Source: Lingula anatina (taxonomy: Eukaryota; Animalia; Brachiopoda). From it: a DNA stretch of 64,000 nucleotides. The position numbers were made by a program, and so were the translations under genes. The notes beneath the pieces were generated by a model. It had not been told where the DNA came from, searched no databases, and worked only from the letters and a program-made list of their open reading frames with translations. Of the stretch, positions 1 through 14,154 are shown in pieces (position 1 is the stretch's first letter; the number at the start of each line of letters is the position of its first letter). Location of the stretch: the NCBI GenBank assembly GCA_051362555.1, contig CM120641.1:28774401-28838400 (forward strand), read 5' to 3'.

Positions 1-2332
1 CAAAGGTTCGTTCCAGCTTGTAAGTCACTTCGTAATTTCTTCCTGCAACTATGGTTAAATCTGGAAAGAAGGAAATTATCTGTTTAATACTAAATGCTGG
101 ATACAGAGGAATTATTTACACCAAACACAAAAATCACTGTTATTTATTTATTTGTGTGTGTTTCTATTTGACTTTAGTATTGTAAAATTCAAAAGAAATG
201 CCCCAATAAAACGACACAATTTACAGTGGTCGCCACTTATGAAACAAAACACCAGAAAAGACAGAAAGTACTATATACAGAAATACTATAACAAATGCTC
301 TTTCAGTCCACTATTACTTCTGACAAGATCATCATCTGTCTCGTATTTGGCACGAAGCCGCCGTTTAATCACGTTTTGCCTATCTATTGCTTGAAGCACG
401 CGACTGCAACCCACTGTGTCACGAAGCTGAGAAAGGCAAGGGTCCTGCCGGCGGTTTTTACGAGACATAAAATGAAAGACATCTTTATACAGGTACAGCA
501 GCTTGCTACAGAAAAGTCGGGTGCAAACGAGACTTCAAACTTTAAAGTGAAAGTACATTTGAACCGCGCGTCGACAGAGAGTGGATTCCGAAAAAACGCA
601 TATAAAACCATTTCTATTACTACACTTCTAATATCGACTTTAAATAATCTTTAAAATAGAGGGTATATACTTATTTATAGGTTATTTACTTTGGAATAAT
701 ATATTCCATCAGTCTCATACATAGAATCACATATACATATGAAATATTAAAGAAGTTCGATCTGTGGCTAAAGTAACCAGACAAATCCAACATGAACAAT
801 TTCCAAAATAAGCTGAAGTCAGCCTTCTGACAGATACAATCGACAACAGTTGTCAAACTTGTTCTCAATCTGGCTGTTGCTGGCCATGATCTTAAACAAC
901 GCGTAGACGATTGCCCAGCCTCCAACTGAATGAATGAACATAAGCACGCACTCCCTCTCTCTTTCACATTCCTAACACACGCGCGCACGGTTCAGCTCGC
1001 AGATGGACACAATATGTCCTTGTAAAGGAATACATACGAAGTGAAGAACAAACTGCCTTGAATTGACCGGAACCCGAGCAGGACATTTAATAAATATGGT
1101 ATCTATTTACACTCTAAAACATTTGGATTTTTCAGTAGACTTAACAAGAGTAAATTACAGAAATAAGGTGAACAAAATAAATAAATAGCTATAATATTAA
1201 GATAATAAAAATATAATAAAGGTTAACTTTAAACCAGTCAAATCAGTGAAAACGTTAATTAGCTTGTTGAATCATACCTGATAATTATATAGCACAAGCT
1301 GAAAATATGCAGTTCAGGGCTAATGAACACAAGAAATCAGTGACTGTAGGCAATATCAGCTCCTTGAATCCGAACCAATCAACATCCCATGGAAGATACG
1401 AAAGGCAATCAACAGCCGTCACCAGCCACCCATGAATAGGGACGGGGGTGGGTTGTCGACCTACCTGACATTTATAAGAGTGTCCTGACCGCTATACCAA
1501 CTAAGGTTATTCTGATGAAGGCCAACGTCCAGGTTGGCCCCAAGCTAACGGTATGAAAATTATTTTCGGCTTGTGCTAAAGTAATTGTCGTGTATACCTG
1601 CAAATCAGCTATAAAACCTTTTGAAAAAAATGTATTTAGTTCTTATTTAAAATTGTCCTCATACTCTAAAGATTTTTAATACATCGGGGGAATGTTTCAT
1701 TCATTTGGTCTTGTAAAGCTACATGTAGGTCGCCATAGGTTTTCAGTCTGGGATTACATGGCAGGGGCGGATCCAGAGATATTTTCTGACAGTCTTCCAC
1801 ATTATCTTTGTTGATTCATCCTCCATTTTTTGACCGTCTTCCGACAGAAAAAATTAAATGTAAACTTGAAAATCTGACCGTCTTCCGGAAGACCCAGAAG
1901 ACGGTCTAAATCCGCCCCTGCATGGCGTCAGCAATTACTGATAGGGTGGCCTTAAATTACGTTTTGGAGTATAATGAATGACTTAGTCCTGTCTCAATTT
2001 TATGTACCAGTACCCCGTTTATCGCTTACAGTATATATATATCTGTCATATGGAAAAATTTTTCTTAAGTTGCCGGCCATTAAACGAATTCCAATGTGAT
2101 AAATACTAAAACGCAGAAAGAAGACGTTAGAATTAATCTATATGCTTGGGAAGATATTTGCGAATTGTAATTTAGTATAATTTACTGTTATCCCTACCCG
2201 GCTTTTTACCACAATTTCTGTGACAATGGTATGACTTCTTTGTTTTATGCGATAAGTAAACCACAAAAGGCTTTTCCTTCGACATCCTTTTTATTTGTAT
2301 CTTGCAACCGTTACGGCAACATAGCCGTTCTC

Positions 2333-2376
<44 letters not shown>

Positions 2377-3296
2377 GCTATATCTTAATAACATGACACT
2401 ATTAAACGCATTGCTTTTTATGAAAACATTTCAACAATTTTTTTGTTATCTCGCTATGTACGCATCACGATAACGGCGTATTTGCCCTCACTTATTTGAT
2501 GTAAACATTTGCTTGCTTTTCAGTTATACAGTGTATCATGTCAACCATTAATAAACATTATTCAATAATCAGCATAACAATTTTCATTTTCACGTTGTAA
2601 GACTTGTATTTGTTTTTTCTATATATAATATCTTGGTAATGATAAGGGAAAAGACATAACCTTTCTCTTTGTTTGCTGAATCATTCGCAATATAGATTAA
2701 TTTGATTTCTACATTAACGTGCCCTTTGCCGCACTTTTTCTCCCTTCCCAGCTCAGCTAGTTCTACAGTTTATAAAAGTAAACGACCTGTAGACCGCTAA
2801 ACTAAGCCAATATTGCCCATGTGCAAAGTTTCTTTGCTCAAAGTCCACGTTTGAGAGGCCAGTGTTTTTTTTTTAAATAAATTTCTACAAATTAACTTAG
2901 TCCCTCTTCCGTGTAAAATATAACTGATGTGAGTAAACTGTGGGTAAAGTAATTCAATTTTTTCCTTAATACTAAACCTCTGACCAAAATTGGACCTTAC
3001 GTAACTTAAACCAGTTATAGGTCATAGGTCAGGTTTTGATAATAAAGATGCACATCACATCATATTCTCAATTCCATGTAAGTTAATGCCCATGGTTGAC
3101 CCTTAATCTAAGCTATCTAAACTGTTTCAACGGGCGCAATATCTCTCCTAGAGATAATCAAATGACAGTCAACGCCTTGATTCTATTACGTCTTATCTAT
3201 AGAATGCATGTATTTTCTACTTAGAGCATCCACTCCCAAAATAAACCATAAATAATAATAACAAACAAAAGAAAAAAAAATAAGAGAAGGAGAGAA

Positions 3297-3327
<31 letters not shown>

Positions 3328-3403
3328 CCTTAGTGGTCTGCAGAAATTTACCCTGAATTATCACCAGCAGTACACACCACGACGCCGCCTGCCAGAATCC
3401 CAT
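1..3403 (-). CDS. 5' part of an unidentified secreted or membrane protein gene, running off the window start
   Basis: Exon 3403-3352 (MGFWQAASWCVLLVIIQ, donor G|GTAAAT, phase 1) joins in frame to exon 60-1 (acceptor ttccttctttccag). Product: MGFWQAASWCVLLVIIQDLTIVAG-RNYEVTYKLERTF, a plausible cleavable signal peptide. Intervening exons cannot be excluded and the family is not recognised. Confidence 0.5.
1286..1550 (+). mobile_element. Degenerate Penelope-like element 3' end (GIY-YIG C-terminus plus decayed hammerhead)
   Basis: Frameshifted translations YIAQAENMQFRANEHKKSV, WKIRKAINSRHQPPMNRDGG and LPDIYKSVL resemble the Penelope GIY-YIG pattern (YIGET..R..EH...RKI.EAI.I....P.LNRD.G). They are followed by CTGATGA (1512) and stem GGCCAAC/GTTGGCC. 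Confidence 0.65.
1762..1920. mobile_element. MITE
   Basis: Terminal inverted repeats CAGGGGCGGAT / ATCCGCCCCTG, flanked on both sides by CATGG (apparent target-site duplication). Confidence 0.75.
2336..2370. repeat. (TC)n microsatellite
   Basis: Seen directly. Confidence 0.95.
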
Positions 3404-4185
3404 CGTACCGCAGTCCCTGGCACAAGTAATCTCCTCGTGTGAAGATCGCAGCTCAAATGGCTCACACAGTCGCTTGTGATGCAACATTAGTGTGAGAAAA
3501 GAAATTACCTTAAGCTTAGGTCGCGCTGGAGGACACGTTTTAAGGTCTTTGTCGTTAACAGACACGTTTTAAGGTGTTTTTCGTTTACATTTATCACGGA
3601 GTTCGCCGCAAAATTTTCCATTTTTTTAATATATTAACCTCGGATCACCTTCATTACTTCACTGAAATCTGAATTTTGACATGCTGATGTGCTTTTAAAC
3701 TGTTAATATCAACCATGTCACATAAACGGAAAAAAGGGGGCGTTTCGTTTCAAAATTGAGCAAATTATGTCACCGATAACCACATTGTTTGATTTATATG
3801 CGCCATGTCGTACATCATCAAAATTCAAGATCACAACAATTAATTTTTGATAAGACCAGCAACATGAAAAATGTCATGAAAAATCCAGTTCGGTTCCATC
3901 TTTTGAATTTAAAGTGAGGTAAAATTTACATTGCAGATAAAGGGGAAAACTATGGAAAATGCGGTCAAAATCCGTTCCATGGAGAGTTTTGCACCATGTT
4001 TTGATATTCTAAAATTTAGAATATTTTGCATATTACAAATGCGTGCTGATTCTACTGGGCGACATGTCTACATGTACCACCGTAGTACGTAACATTGTAT
4101 TCCATTGTATTCTTTTACCTAAACAGAATGGCTTCCATTGTTTTCTTTTACCTATACAGAATGTCGCCAGTATGCTGTATATGTA

Positions 4186-4448
4186 CACACAATGGACAAT
4201 AGAAGTGTCACCCCCTGAATCAGAGTAATCAAAGTTGGTAGATCTTGAGTAGTTACATGTATAATGCTTGGTCTACTTATAATGTGACTAATGAGTATAA
4301 AACCGTTGTACCATGGAATTGTATTGTTGGTCAATTTTGTGAAATTTGATGTTAATAAATGATACCAGGAGCATATCATTCCACAGTCATTTATCTCCCC
4401 CAGAGTATTGGTTCAGTAAGGGGTGACACTTCTATTGTCCAGTGTGTG
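4186..4448. mobile_element. Tc1/mariner-type MITE
   Basis: ~29-bp TIRs (CACACAATGGACAATAGAAGTGTCACCCC versus GGGGTGACACTTCTATTGTCCAGTGTGTG, one mismatch), with TA on both flanks. Confidence 0.8.
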
Positions 4449-6119
4449 TATTATGATTAGTTTGCTATGATAATTGTTCAGAACATTATTTGCCTATAAT
4501 TCTTGGGAATAAAAGACAAAGTGTAAGCCAACTAATCAGCAAAACAACTAACTAACTAGGTTTCTATACACTGACCTAACGCGAATAAAATATCGAATTT
4601 TTTTGGCACGGGAGAATTATGTCAACTGTCGTCAAAGGGATGATGTTTCTGAGCTGGCTGGGCAGCCATGGCGTGTCACCCTCAATTACAAAGTCATTTA
4701 CTTCTGAGCCCATTATGTGTGTCGGGGTATTCTTTATAATCTTAGTCATTGAGGTCTTTCATCTGGCGGCTATCAAGTCTAATATCTAATAATGCAAATA
4801 AAATCAAGTTGATCATTTTTTGACTGTTCAAGTAATAGATTTCGCCTCTGGTCCACTGTCAGGCGATGGTATTATCATAGCTGTTTTATGGTGCAATTTT
4901 GGGTAAAACTTCTCCTAAAATAGCACTGTTATGTGTTTTTAAAATTTAAAAAGCAAAGTCACTTAACTTAGTATTCCAACGCGATGACTTGGGTGTCCCG
5001 ACAGATGTGAAACTTGTCCCGGACGAAAAACTTATTGATCAACTTCAAAATTTTAGTCAGATAAACAGCTATGAGTCTATTCTTGTCATGAACTTGATGC
5101 ATTATTTTGGGTGTTATTCCTGTCTTCACATGCAAGGAAGGACATAATATTAAGGCTCGCCTAGCTACCACTGAGAGTAGACCACCCCTTGCATTTAGTC
5201 ATATATATTTTCTTCTTTCGTCTCAGTCAGTCTCTTTCTCATTCGGTCATAGTTGGTCACAATCAGTCATAGTCATTAAATCTTATTTAGTCATATTATC
5301 GTCATTTTAGTAGCATTAAAAGTGACTTTATTATTTGACACAGGCGAGTTCAGAGTACTGGGTAACGCTGCATCATGCTACTTGGCCATTAGGTCTGAGA
5401 AACTAGTATTATGAATTCTAAAGATGCACTCACAATAACACTACCAGAACTTGAATTAACGAGAGACTTGTGCTTGTTTTACTTAAACTTGCAGTGTAAC
5501 TGGTTTTCAATATATACATGTATATATATTTGTCTTTTGGTTGTAATGCATAATTTGAATAAACACCCACTCTATTCTCCAGCTTGGGATATACTTTCTC
5601 ACGGGAGTGCAACACCTTCCAGATCCCACAACAAAACCATCAACTCTTCTGTGCTCGGTTTCGCCGTAGAGGCCGCGCATTTCAATATTTTTAATATATT
5701 CAAATGTGGTCTCATGGCAGGTTGCATGTTACGCATACCTGTAACAGATAGAAAAAAACAGATAGGGAAGTTTAATTTTGAAAGGTAATTTAAATGTTAT
5801 TAAGCTATGGTACAAAAGTGATGTGATGGAGAGGGCAGAGAGCTACGGAAATAAAATATGAAGTGAATTTTTAAAGCCTGTCTCGGTTAACTTATTAGTG
5901 AGAAGCACCATCATCAGAGAACAATGAACCTGAATAACTAAAAGGACTTTTTTTTATTGAATCACGTCGGAATTTTGATGATCGACTTTCCACAATTGCT
6001 ATCCCCTTAGGCAGTTTTCCATACAATTGTCATGGTCGGCTTTTTCATTTTTGTCGATTTTGTTGGCAGATGGAGTCTGGTCTTCTTCCTATATATTTTG
6101 CTACAGTACACGTAGACCA

Positions 6120-6266
6120 GGGCCCCGTATCTCAAAAGCATCGCGTATTGCGAATAGCTATATCACATAGAGGCTACAATGTAATATATGGGGCGATTAT
6201 GGGCGAGTTATGGAATTGAGACTTGCGCACGGTCGCAATGCGCGATGCTTTCGAGATACGGGGCCC
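6120..6266. mobile_element. MITE (fold-back)
   Basis: Long TIRs GGGCCCCGTATCTCAAAAGCATCGCG... / ...CGCGATGCTTTCGAGATACGGGGCCC. Confidence 0.8.
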
Positions 6267-9208
6267 AATAAAGGAGCGCTTTTTCACATTTAAGTTGGAA
6301 AAAAGTTAACACAGATTTCTAAACTGAATCTGGTCCAGTGATAGGCCAATATAAGACGGATTACTTTCCACTGGAATTTTCCCAAGGAATCCACTCAATT
6401 GTACATTTGACGACTTATCGCCAATACATGATGAAAAGCTAATGTCCCATTTAAGGTGTGCATTGATATAGAATGCATTGTTATTCAAAAGATAATTTCA
6501 ATACAGAACTCGTTTACTTCTGACCCTGAGGAACTGACTTGTTTGTTAATGTATCTCGATGGTTCCTCAACAAGACCCTGTGTCAGCTTGTCCAACAGTT
6601 TCCTGGGCTTCTTGTCTTCTTACAACCCAGTAAAGAGCATCCAAACAGTGCCCTAAGGGTTACAAAACAGACCAGTTCAGTTGCTCAACTTCCTACTCAA
6701 AGAAAAAATGTGTTGGCCAGGCACGATAAAGGGAGAGGAAAGGGGGGGGGATGGCATCTTAAAACAGAAAGCAACGGCCATATTGAGCTCATGCATGTGG
6801 GATCATTTGTGTACTCGCAATTTCCTGCAGAACCACCAGATTTGTTTGACACCATAGGTAACGACAGTAACCATCAAACAGTCTTCAGCAAAACTCAAAT
6901 GAACATGATATTAAACGAGTCCGCCATCCAAACAGTGAAGAAGGAAACCGATCAATTCATCAGAAAAACAGATATGCCAACAATGAATCAACTGGCAGAA
7001 ATAAAGTTGACGGGTCCTTTCTAAGTGGCAGATCTTCATTTGTTGAGTCAAAAGAATTTTTTATGTGATCTACTTAACGTTAGACTACCTTTCACGGAAA
7101 ACCAGGTTGTGGCTGGTTGTAGTTACCTTAGAGAGAGGTTGCTGACGATGCTGATTACACAACAGGTAGAGTACTGGCAATAAGATTTTCCGTGGCTGTA
7201 TAGTCTCATCAGGACGCCCCGAGAAGGTGCTTTGCCCTACTTGTTGCTTTGTTGTCGTTGGATGATCTACATGATAGCTCCTTAATTTTGAATCTTTTCC
7301 AAAATGTATATATATTTTACCTTTTCACATGTTCGTGACATTTTGTCACTAAAATAGATGACGTAATAAAGAGGACTTTACTACACGCATTACATGTACT
7401 AGAAAAGTTCCAGAAAGGCCTGCAAAATGTAGTTACGTTTCAATCCATTTTTGAGATTGTCCTTGACATATATACATGTACATACATGATGATGAACGCG
7501 GTGTCGATATCAGTTCGTCACGTTTATTAGTACGCCTGATTTGAAGCTGACCAACGTAAAATATGCTCCCGAATTTTCTTAGGGTAAACGGTACTGGATT
7601 TTCTCCGACTAACCAACATTTGGCCCTTCTTTTCTGATACTCGTCATAACTCTTTAACTATACATATATGTCGAAACTTATGAGTCTTTGACCCATGCTC
7701 AAGGGTGCGTTTTTAACTCTGACATCACCTCGAGCGCTGACTTTTAGGTTGCACGCGATTCAAAAATGTCAAGACAGTTGACGAAGTTCGCCAGGAAGCA
7801 GTGAATTAGATAATTTTTGGCGATACAGATTTACAACATTTATCTCTTAAAAAGATAAAAAATAATTACTTGTCATTTGATAAGTTCAAGACTTTATGTA
7901 CATTTAGGTAAAAATAATCTTGTCTCTTTTTAAATGGTAATCGGTTTGAGAGGTAGATCAAGGCACAGGATTGGTACAAACTCGCACAGAGGTGGAAGAT
8001 TTTTTCCTTTTCCGACATGTCTGCACGCAACAAAGGTTGCTGATTGAAGTGACACGTGACCCCTGTACTCCTTGGAAACGCCTACGATCGTTATCTTGGG
8101 TAGTCAAATGTTTGAGTTTTATTAAACAAATTCTGGCTTACACGTTTTTTCTTTAGTTCTTACCGAAGGCCATCATTGTTGTTTTGCAAAAACTGGCTAC
8201 AAGTGTTAAACAGAGTGTCGGAGATAAATTAATTGAGGGAATATAAGTAGACATGTTGGACAAGTAATTAATCAGATGTGGTTGTAGTGCCCAAAAGTGC
8301 TAAGGACTGGAGGCTTTGAACAGGATACATTGTGAAAAGAAACAGCAAATAATATGAGCACGGCGGTCTTGACACGGAACATTCGGGTCACGTTACAGGG
8401 TTACAGGATTTTTGCCAACTTGTTTTTACTTCCTCTTCTCTTTTAAGTCAAAACATGCAGACTGGCATGCAAACTAAAAGACCAAATTAAATGTTATCTT
8501 AAAAACTTGTACACACTCAAATACCAGAAAAATACATTTTCTGATATACCAGAAGTGATGTTCCTGCAGAGCTTTCAAACTGATGCGTGTAAAGAAAATG
8601 AAAAAGATGGTAAATGCAGGGAAGATGCCTTTTACCCCGGGATAATTCGTTAATGAATTTTGGTGCCAAAATCCTCTTTTGTGTACCTTAAAGGTGAAGG
8701 AGATTGTTGATGATAAAAAAGGCAAAAAATCATTAACAGAATATTATTCTAGAATATTAACCTACGTATTACATAGCTTACGTGTCATAAGTGGGTTATT
8801 TTAAAGACCATAAAACTTGATGATAATGCTTATACTGAGGGGTCGATGGGTAACCATCACATATACATGCCCACAAAATGTATTAAAATGTAGAATCAGG
8901 GAACTAAAATAACGACGATAGGTCCTTAAAACCCCAAAGTTCCAAAGCTTTTAGATTATCACTCAAATGTAAAACGGAAGTTGACAACATGACACAGTAA
9001 CTCAAGCATTTTAGACAATGAATTAATGGATAGATATGATTACATAATACGGATTTGTGATAAACAATATTTCGATATGACCGATTGTACACAGTATTGA
9101 TAAACGGTGACATGGCATTTTCCTCCTCATTCCCTGTCGTTTATAAGGCAACCATCCCATTACATTGGTTACTGTCTAGACTGGTCTGGAGGGGGAAATA
9201 ATTCCGAC

Positions 9209-12200
9209 ATGCCTGCCGTGCTTGGATACTGGAAGATTCGAGGGGTGGGTGAGCACTACTATATTATTTCACTTTAAATACGTGTAATAGAGTGAGTCAA
9301 ATACCAAAACTTCTAGCTCTTGATGTTTTAGAGCCAAACTATAAACTTCATAAATCACTGTTACCATGAGTACTCAGCTTAAATATGTACAAATGAGTAC
9401 ATGTTTACAAGGTTCGGAACTTCCCATGTCCGCCCAGACAGGGAAATACAATTTGCAGTATTGTATTGCTTGTGTTATCAGAGGCACACATACCAAATAC
9501 TCATCTGTCGTCATTTTTTCTCTCTCTTATACCCCCCCTCTCTCTCTCTCTCATCCGCGATATTACGTACGCCTTTACATACCCCTGGTCTTCTGCATTG
9601 CGTTAGATAGATATACAGAAGGAGAGGCTCCGTTGTTCAGAATTTCTTCTCAAACACATCGGCATATTCAACAGACCTACCTCTCCCCAGCGCACCGCCA
9701 GTGCATTCTGTTTCTTATTTTATATTTGTTAATCCCCTACCTTCTACTTCATTTCTTCAAGCTGGCATGCATTTCTTTGATAATTCTGTCATTATTTATT
9801 CAATTCATTCATAACAATTCGCACAGAGGTTACATTATATAATTGTACTTGGCAAAGAGAAAATAATGAACTGTATCCCCCCGTGTATTTCCTGTGTACC
9901 CCCCCCCCCCCGCCCCATCTACCTCATTGGTAAAACTCTAAAACCATATCTATTTTCTTATGTATTTATAGAATTAATTAACAACCTCATTAATATTTTG
10001 CACTTTGCATGCACAATTGCACAATGATACAAACAACTAGAGGTAGTTTGTCGCTCTGTGTTCTTTCAGCTAGCACAGCCTGCCAGACTGTTGCTAAATT
10101 ATGTAGGGCAAGAATTTGAAGACAAACGCTACGAGACCGGACCAGGTAAAATTTATATACCTTCTGTACATGGTCAGTTAGATGTTCTGTTGCGATCCAG
10201 TTCATGTTCAGGCAAATATTGCAAAACCGAGGCTGCAATACGGAATGCGGTGTACTGCCCCTGTTATTTCTTCTCATCTTCCGTTATGGACTAAGCATGC
10301 AATAAAAAGAAAGACGTTTTCAGCCAACGTCTGTAAATGAAGCAAAGGTGTATTTCTATATCATATCTCTGATAGCAGGCATGCTTCTGTTTTAATATTT
10401 CTGAGACTTAAGTTTTTTTATGCTTTTATTTTTCTTTCACAGCACCTGACTTCAACAAAGATTCCTGGAATAATGAGAAGTTTTCACTGGGACTTCCTTT
10501 TCCGAATGTATGTAGTAATAATTTTTTTTAATAATTTAAAAATGCATCTCAGATATTTCTAGTTGATGTGTTCGGTAAATTTGGTAAGTTCCTTTATGAC
10601 ATTTAAGCTCTCATTTCCAATTTTTTTGTCTTTGGCTGTCATATTATTAACCCGGTAAAAGGTGAGAATCAAGTGATCTCACCTCATTGTGAATCCTTAT
10701 AATGCTTTTAAAGTAACTAACTTGTCCAGTTATTGTCCAGAAAATGGTCTTACTTCATTGTGACATTTGCCTTTTTTTCAATTATAATGGCATTAATGTA
10801 GCTTGTACGTCCAGTTATTTTATGTCGTAAACTTCCTGCAAGCTAATAATTTACGTCGTAACAAAACGATCCGACGTCATTATGACATTCGACTTTTTTG
10901 TCCGTTATAATCGTATTAATGTCCAGTTGTTTTATGCTTAGACTGTCATGCATTTCGTTAATACGTTGTATATGTCGGAAAAATAATCTTGCATCATTGT
11001 GACTCATGGCCTCTTTCTCAATTATAATGCTATAAATGTACCTCGCATGTCCAGTTGTTTTATGCTTAGACTGTCATCCATGTGACATGTATTAGGGCGC
11101 ATTCCCATAGATTTTAGATCGATCTATCCCCGTGGGGAGTCTCACTAGATTACGGTCAGATAATCCGGCTTAAATGTCCGTCCCGCCAACTACTGTAAGG
11201 GGGTAATTAACTTTCGTGCCCGCTCGGCTGACAGCTATTTAGCGTGAACCCCCAGGGAGTTAGGTCGATCTAGTTGGATCGATCTAATCTCTGGGAATGG
11301 GGTCTTAGTCTACGTTGGAACAAAATTACCTTACATCATTGTGACCACTGAAATGATGATACATAGTACATTCAAGTCCAGTTACCTTGTCTTATACTGT
11401 CATACTTATCTTAATCTACTAGTGCATCGAAACAAAATATTATTTTGTCATGGCGAGTTTTGACTTTTGCTCAGTTATGTTGCTTTTAATGATGATACGA
11501 CAGAAACAAGGGTATGGATGTTTAAGAAGCAGAATTTGCCATCAGTGTACCCTGTATCAGGGCCACAGATTGATTTCTCACTAAATATTAACAGATATGG
11601 CTAATTTTGTACACTATTCTCTACTGTATCCAGCAAGAATTTTTGAATGGAATTAATGGCATATCTCTACTGGTCTACAGAGCACAGTACTACTGTACTA
11701 ACAATGATATCTAACAGTGTTTATCATTGTTTTGCATGTCTGATCTGAATATACAAAATGATGATTAAGATTATTATGGTAGATCTGATAGTGCCCACTA
11801 ACGGTCAGAAAGTTAATGTATTATTTATATTTGCAAGCACGCGTTTCATGTGATTGGACGCTGCCTATCGCGCGTTTTATCCTTTCCAACTTTCGATAAG
11901 CTAAAATGATTACTATGAAATATCAACATATTATCATACATGGTGATATTAAAAGATTAAACTATATCATATTTAGCTTATCGAACGTTGAACAGGATAA
12001 AATGCGCGTTAGGAAGCGTCTAATCACTAGTCACATGATACTGTACACGTGCCTAATGAAATCAATAATGCATTAACTTTCAGAGCGTTAATTCACTACG
12101 TCAGACCAACGATTAAAATCTTAACGATTAATCTAACCACTATCAGCATGGTTGCCTTAATCTGTTTCTTGTCAACCTACCAATCATCTTAAATGTTAAG

Positions 12201-14154
12201 AAGATTTTCTGTCGTCATACTATACATGTATTATATATTCACTATTTGTCGACATTTTTCTTTTCCGCTACCATTGCACATAAACAAAGATTATTTGGAA
12301 TCCATATACAATTTTCAATATAAGTTTATTCGTTGTATGGGCCATGGGCTTTCTCTTTTTTATTCTGCTTTTCTTATGATTCCAGCTCCCATACTTTAAA
12401 GACGGAGACACTAAGATAGTCCAGAGCAATGCCATTATGAGATCGATTGCACGAAAACATAACCTTTGTGAGTGTACACTTTCAAATCAGTTTAGGAATA
12501 ACACTAAAGTACGAATATCTAACTGTTTGTGGCTAAGTTTTTGTTTAATATTGCGACGGTTATCTATCACATTTGAAATAAACAAATACAATTAAAAAGA
12601 ATAATGATGATAATATGGTCATAAATTATTAGGCTGTATTAAAAGAGCATTTTGGTAGGTGAAGAGCTTTCATCCAAACTTACCTTTTCAACCTTGCTAC
12701 ATATCTGTCCCTTTTTATTAATACCCAATTGCTGACAATATCATTTTGTGGCAATTGACAGATGACTAGTTTACAATTAAATAGCCTATTATCGGGGATC
12801 AAATTATTATGTACTATCATCTATGAGACAGAAAAATGCAAATTCGCCATATGTTCATAGTTAAAGCACCTCGATATTTTATTCTTTATTTCTCCCTGAA
12901 TCATCAATAGGCAATATAGGAAAGAAAACAGCAATAGCTGCACACTTTTCTTTATTCACATGACTTCACGATACAGTGTAGAAATTGTTTGGTTATTATC
13001 TAAAAAAAGATTATGCCGACTTTCAAATTATTCATCAATACCCATGTTTTTGATACACAATAAAGGTGGTACGACGGAAGACGAAATGGTGAAGTGCGAC
13101 ATTATGGAGAACCAGTCGATGGATTTCAGAAATGGTTTCGTCAGATTATGCTACAGTCCGGACTACGTAAGTGTAAATAAACCCTGTTAAAACTGTCAGC
13201 CTAAACGATATAAAAATCATATTTAACAGACTTATATAATTTATGCAATGATTTTTGATTAGTAAATTGGGCAAAAATATTTTTCTGTCTGAACCGTATA
13301 ATGTTTCAGGAAACTCTGCGACCAGAATACCTGAAGTCTCTTCCAGCTACGCTGAAGCTATTGTCAGACTTCTTGGGTGAAAATCCATGGTTTGCCGGAA
13401 AAAACGTGAGTATTGCGTGCCATATAAGTGCAGTGCTTGATGTATTTGTCTTATAATTTGGTATTTGTATTTATTTATTTTACGTCTGTTGCGTGTTTGT
13501 TATACATTGCTCGGGTAGCATGTTTTTATTCATTTTTTAATACAAGCACCTTTTAATACAATAGCTATGATCTTACGAATACGTGTGTCATATAGGTGGT
13601 AATTGAGAAGAGAATTGAGTCAAAGCAAAAAAATAAATAAATAAATAAAAAGCGTATGTTTTACATCTGTGTACCTCATGAAGCAGAGTAGACGATACTT
13701 TTGAATAATTAATGTATTGATATGAATATTGTTTTTTTTTCACGATCTATTGCAGTTAACATTTGTGGACTTCATCATGTATGAACTGTTGGACCAACAC
13801 CGACTGTTTGAACCTACATGTCTTGACGATTACAAGAACATGAGGGATTTCCTCGACAGATTTGAGGTAGGCCTTATTAAAAACTGCAATTTCACTTTCA
13901 TGCTTTGTCTTGGTGTAGCTATAATTATTTCATAACACTACTTGATATAAATTCTGAAGGCGAGTTCAAGTTGAATGTACACGTGACAATCCCATGATTT
14001 TGTCATTAAATTCAATAGATATTAAAATAATAACATCATTTTTTTTTCAATTTATTTATTTCAGGCTCTACCTGCTATTAAAAAATACATGGAATCCGAG
14101 CAATTTAGCAAATGGCCTGTGAACAATAAGATGGCAAAATGGGGTGGAAATTAA
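9209..14154 (+). CDS. GSTM: Glutathione S-transferase, Mu class (218 aa, 8 coding exons)
   Basis: Exons 9209-9244, 10070-10145, 10443-10507, 12386-12467, 13066-13166, 13310-13405, 13756-13866, 14065-14154; all GT-AG and phase-consistent, 657 nt. The protein contains [21 protein letters not shown] (catalytic Tyr), the mu-loop [24 protein letters not shown] and [19 protein letters not shown] at 14508. Confidence 0.97.
10720..11090. repeat. Degenerate ~120-bp tandem repeat in GST intron 3
   Basis: Recurrent CATTGTGAC...TTATAAT...TTAATG...GTCCAGTT(A/G)TTTTATG units near 10755, 10878 and 10995. Confidence 0.6.
11095..11304. mobile_element. PIF/Harbinger (Tourist-like) MITE, family 1
   Basis: TTA on both flanks, imperfect TIRs, and near-identical in reverse orientation to the copies at 24617-25049. 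Confidence 0.8.
11764..12125. mobile_element. Long fold-back (inverted-repeat) non-autonomous element
   Basis: The arms pair over much of their length, e.g. GCGTTTTATCCTTTCCAACTTTCGATAAGCTAAAATGAT versus ATCATATTTAGCTTATCGAACGTTGAACAGGATAAAATGC, and GAAAGTTAATGTATTAT versus ATAATGCATTAACTTTC. Confidence 0.7.

Noticed and set aside
152-988. Several short ORFs near the window start
   Set aside because: No homology recognised and no convincing splice sites; they fall inside the inferred intron of the minus-strand gene.
6306-7024. 161-aa ORF and overlapping ORFs as a gene
   Set aside because: No recognisable domain or consistent splice structure; at most a decayed repeat.
7170-7235. CTGATGAG...GGAAA on the minus strand as a hammerhead ribozyme
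   Set aside because: No stem II pairing between the core boxes.
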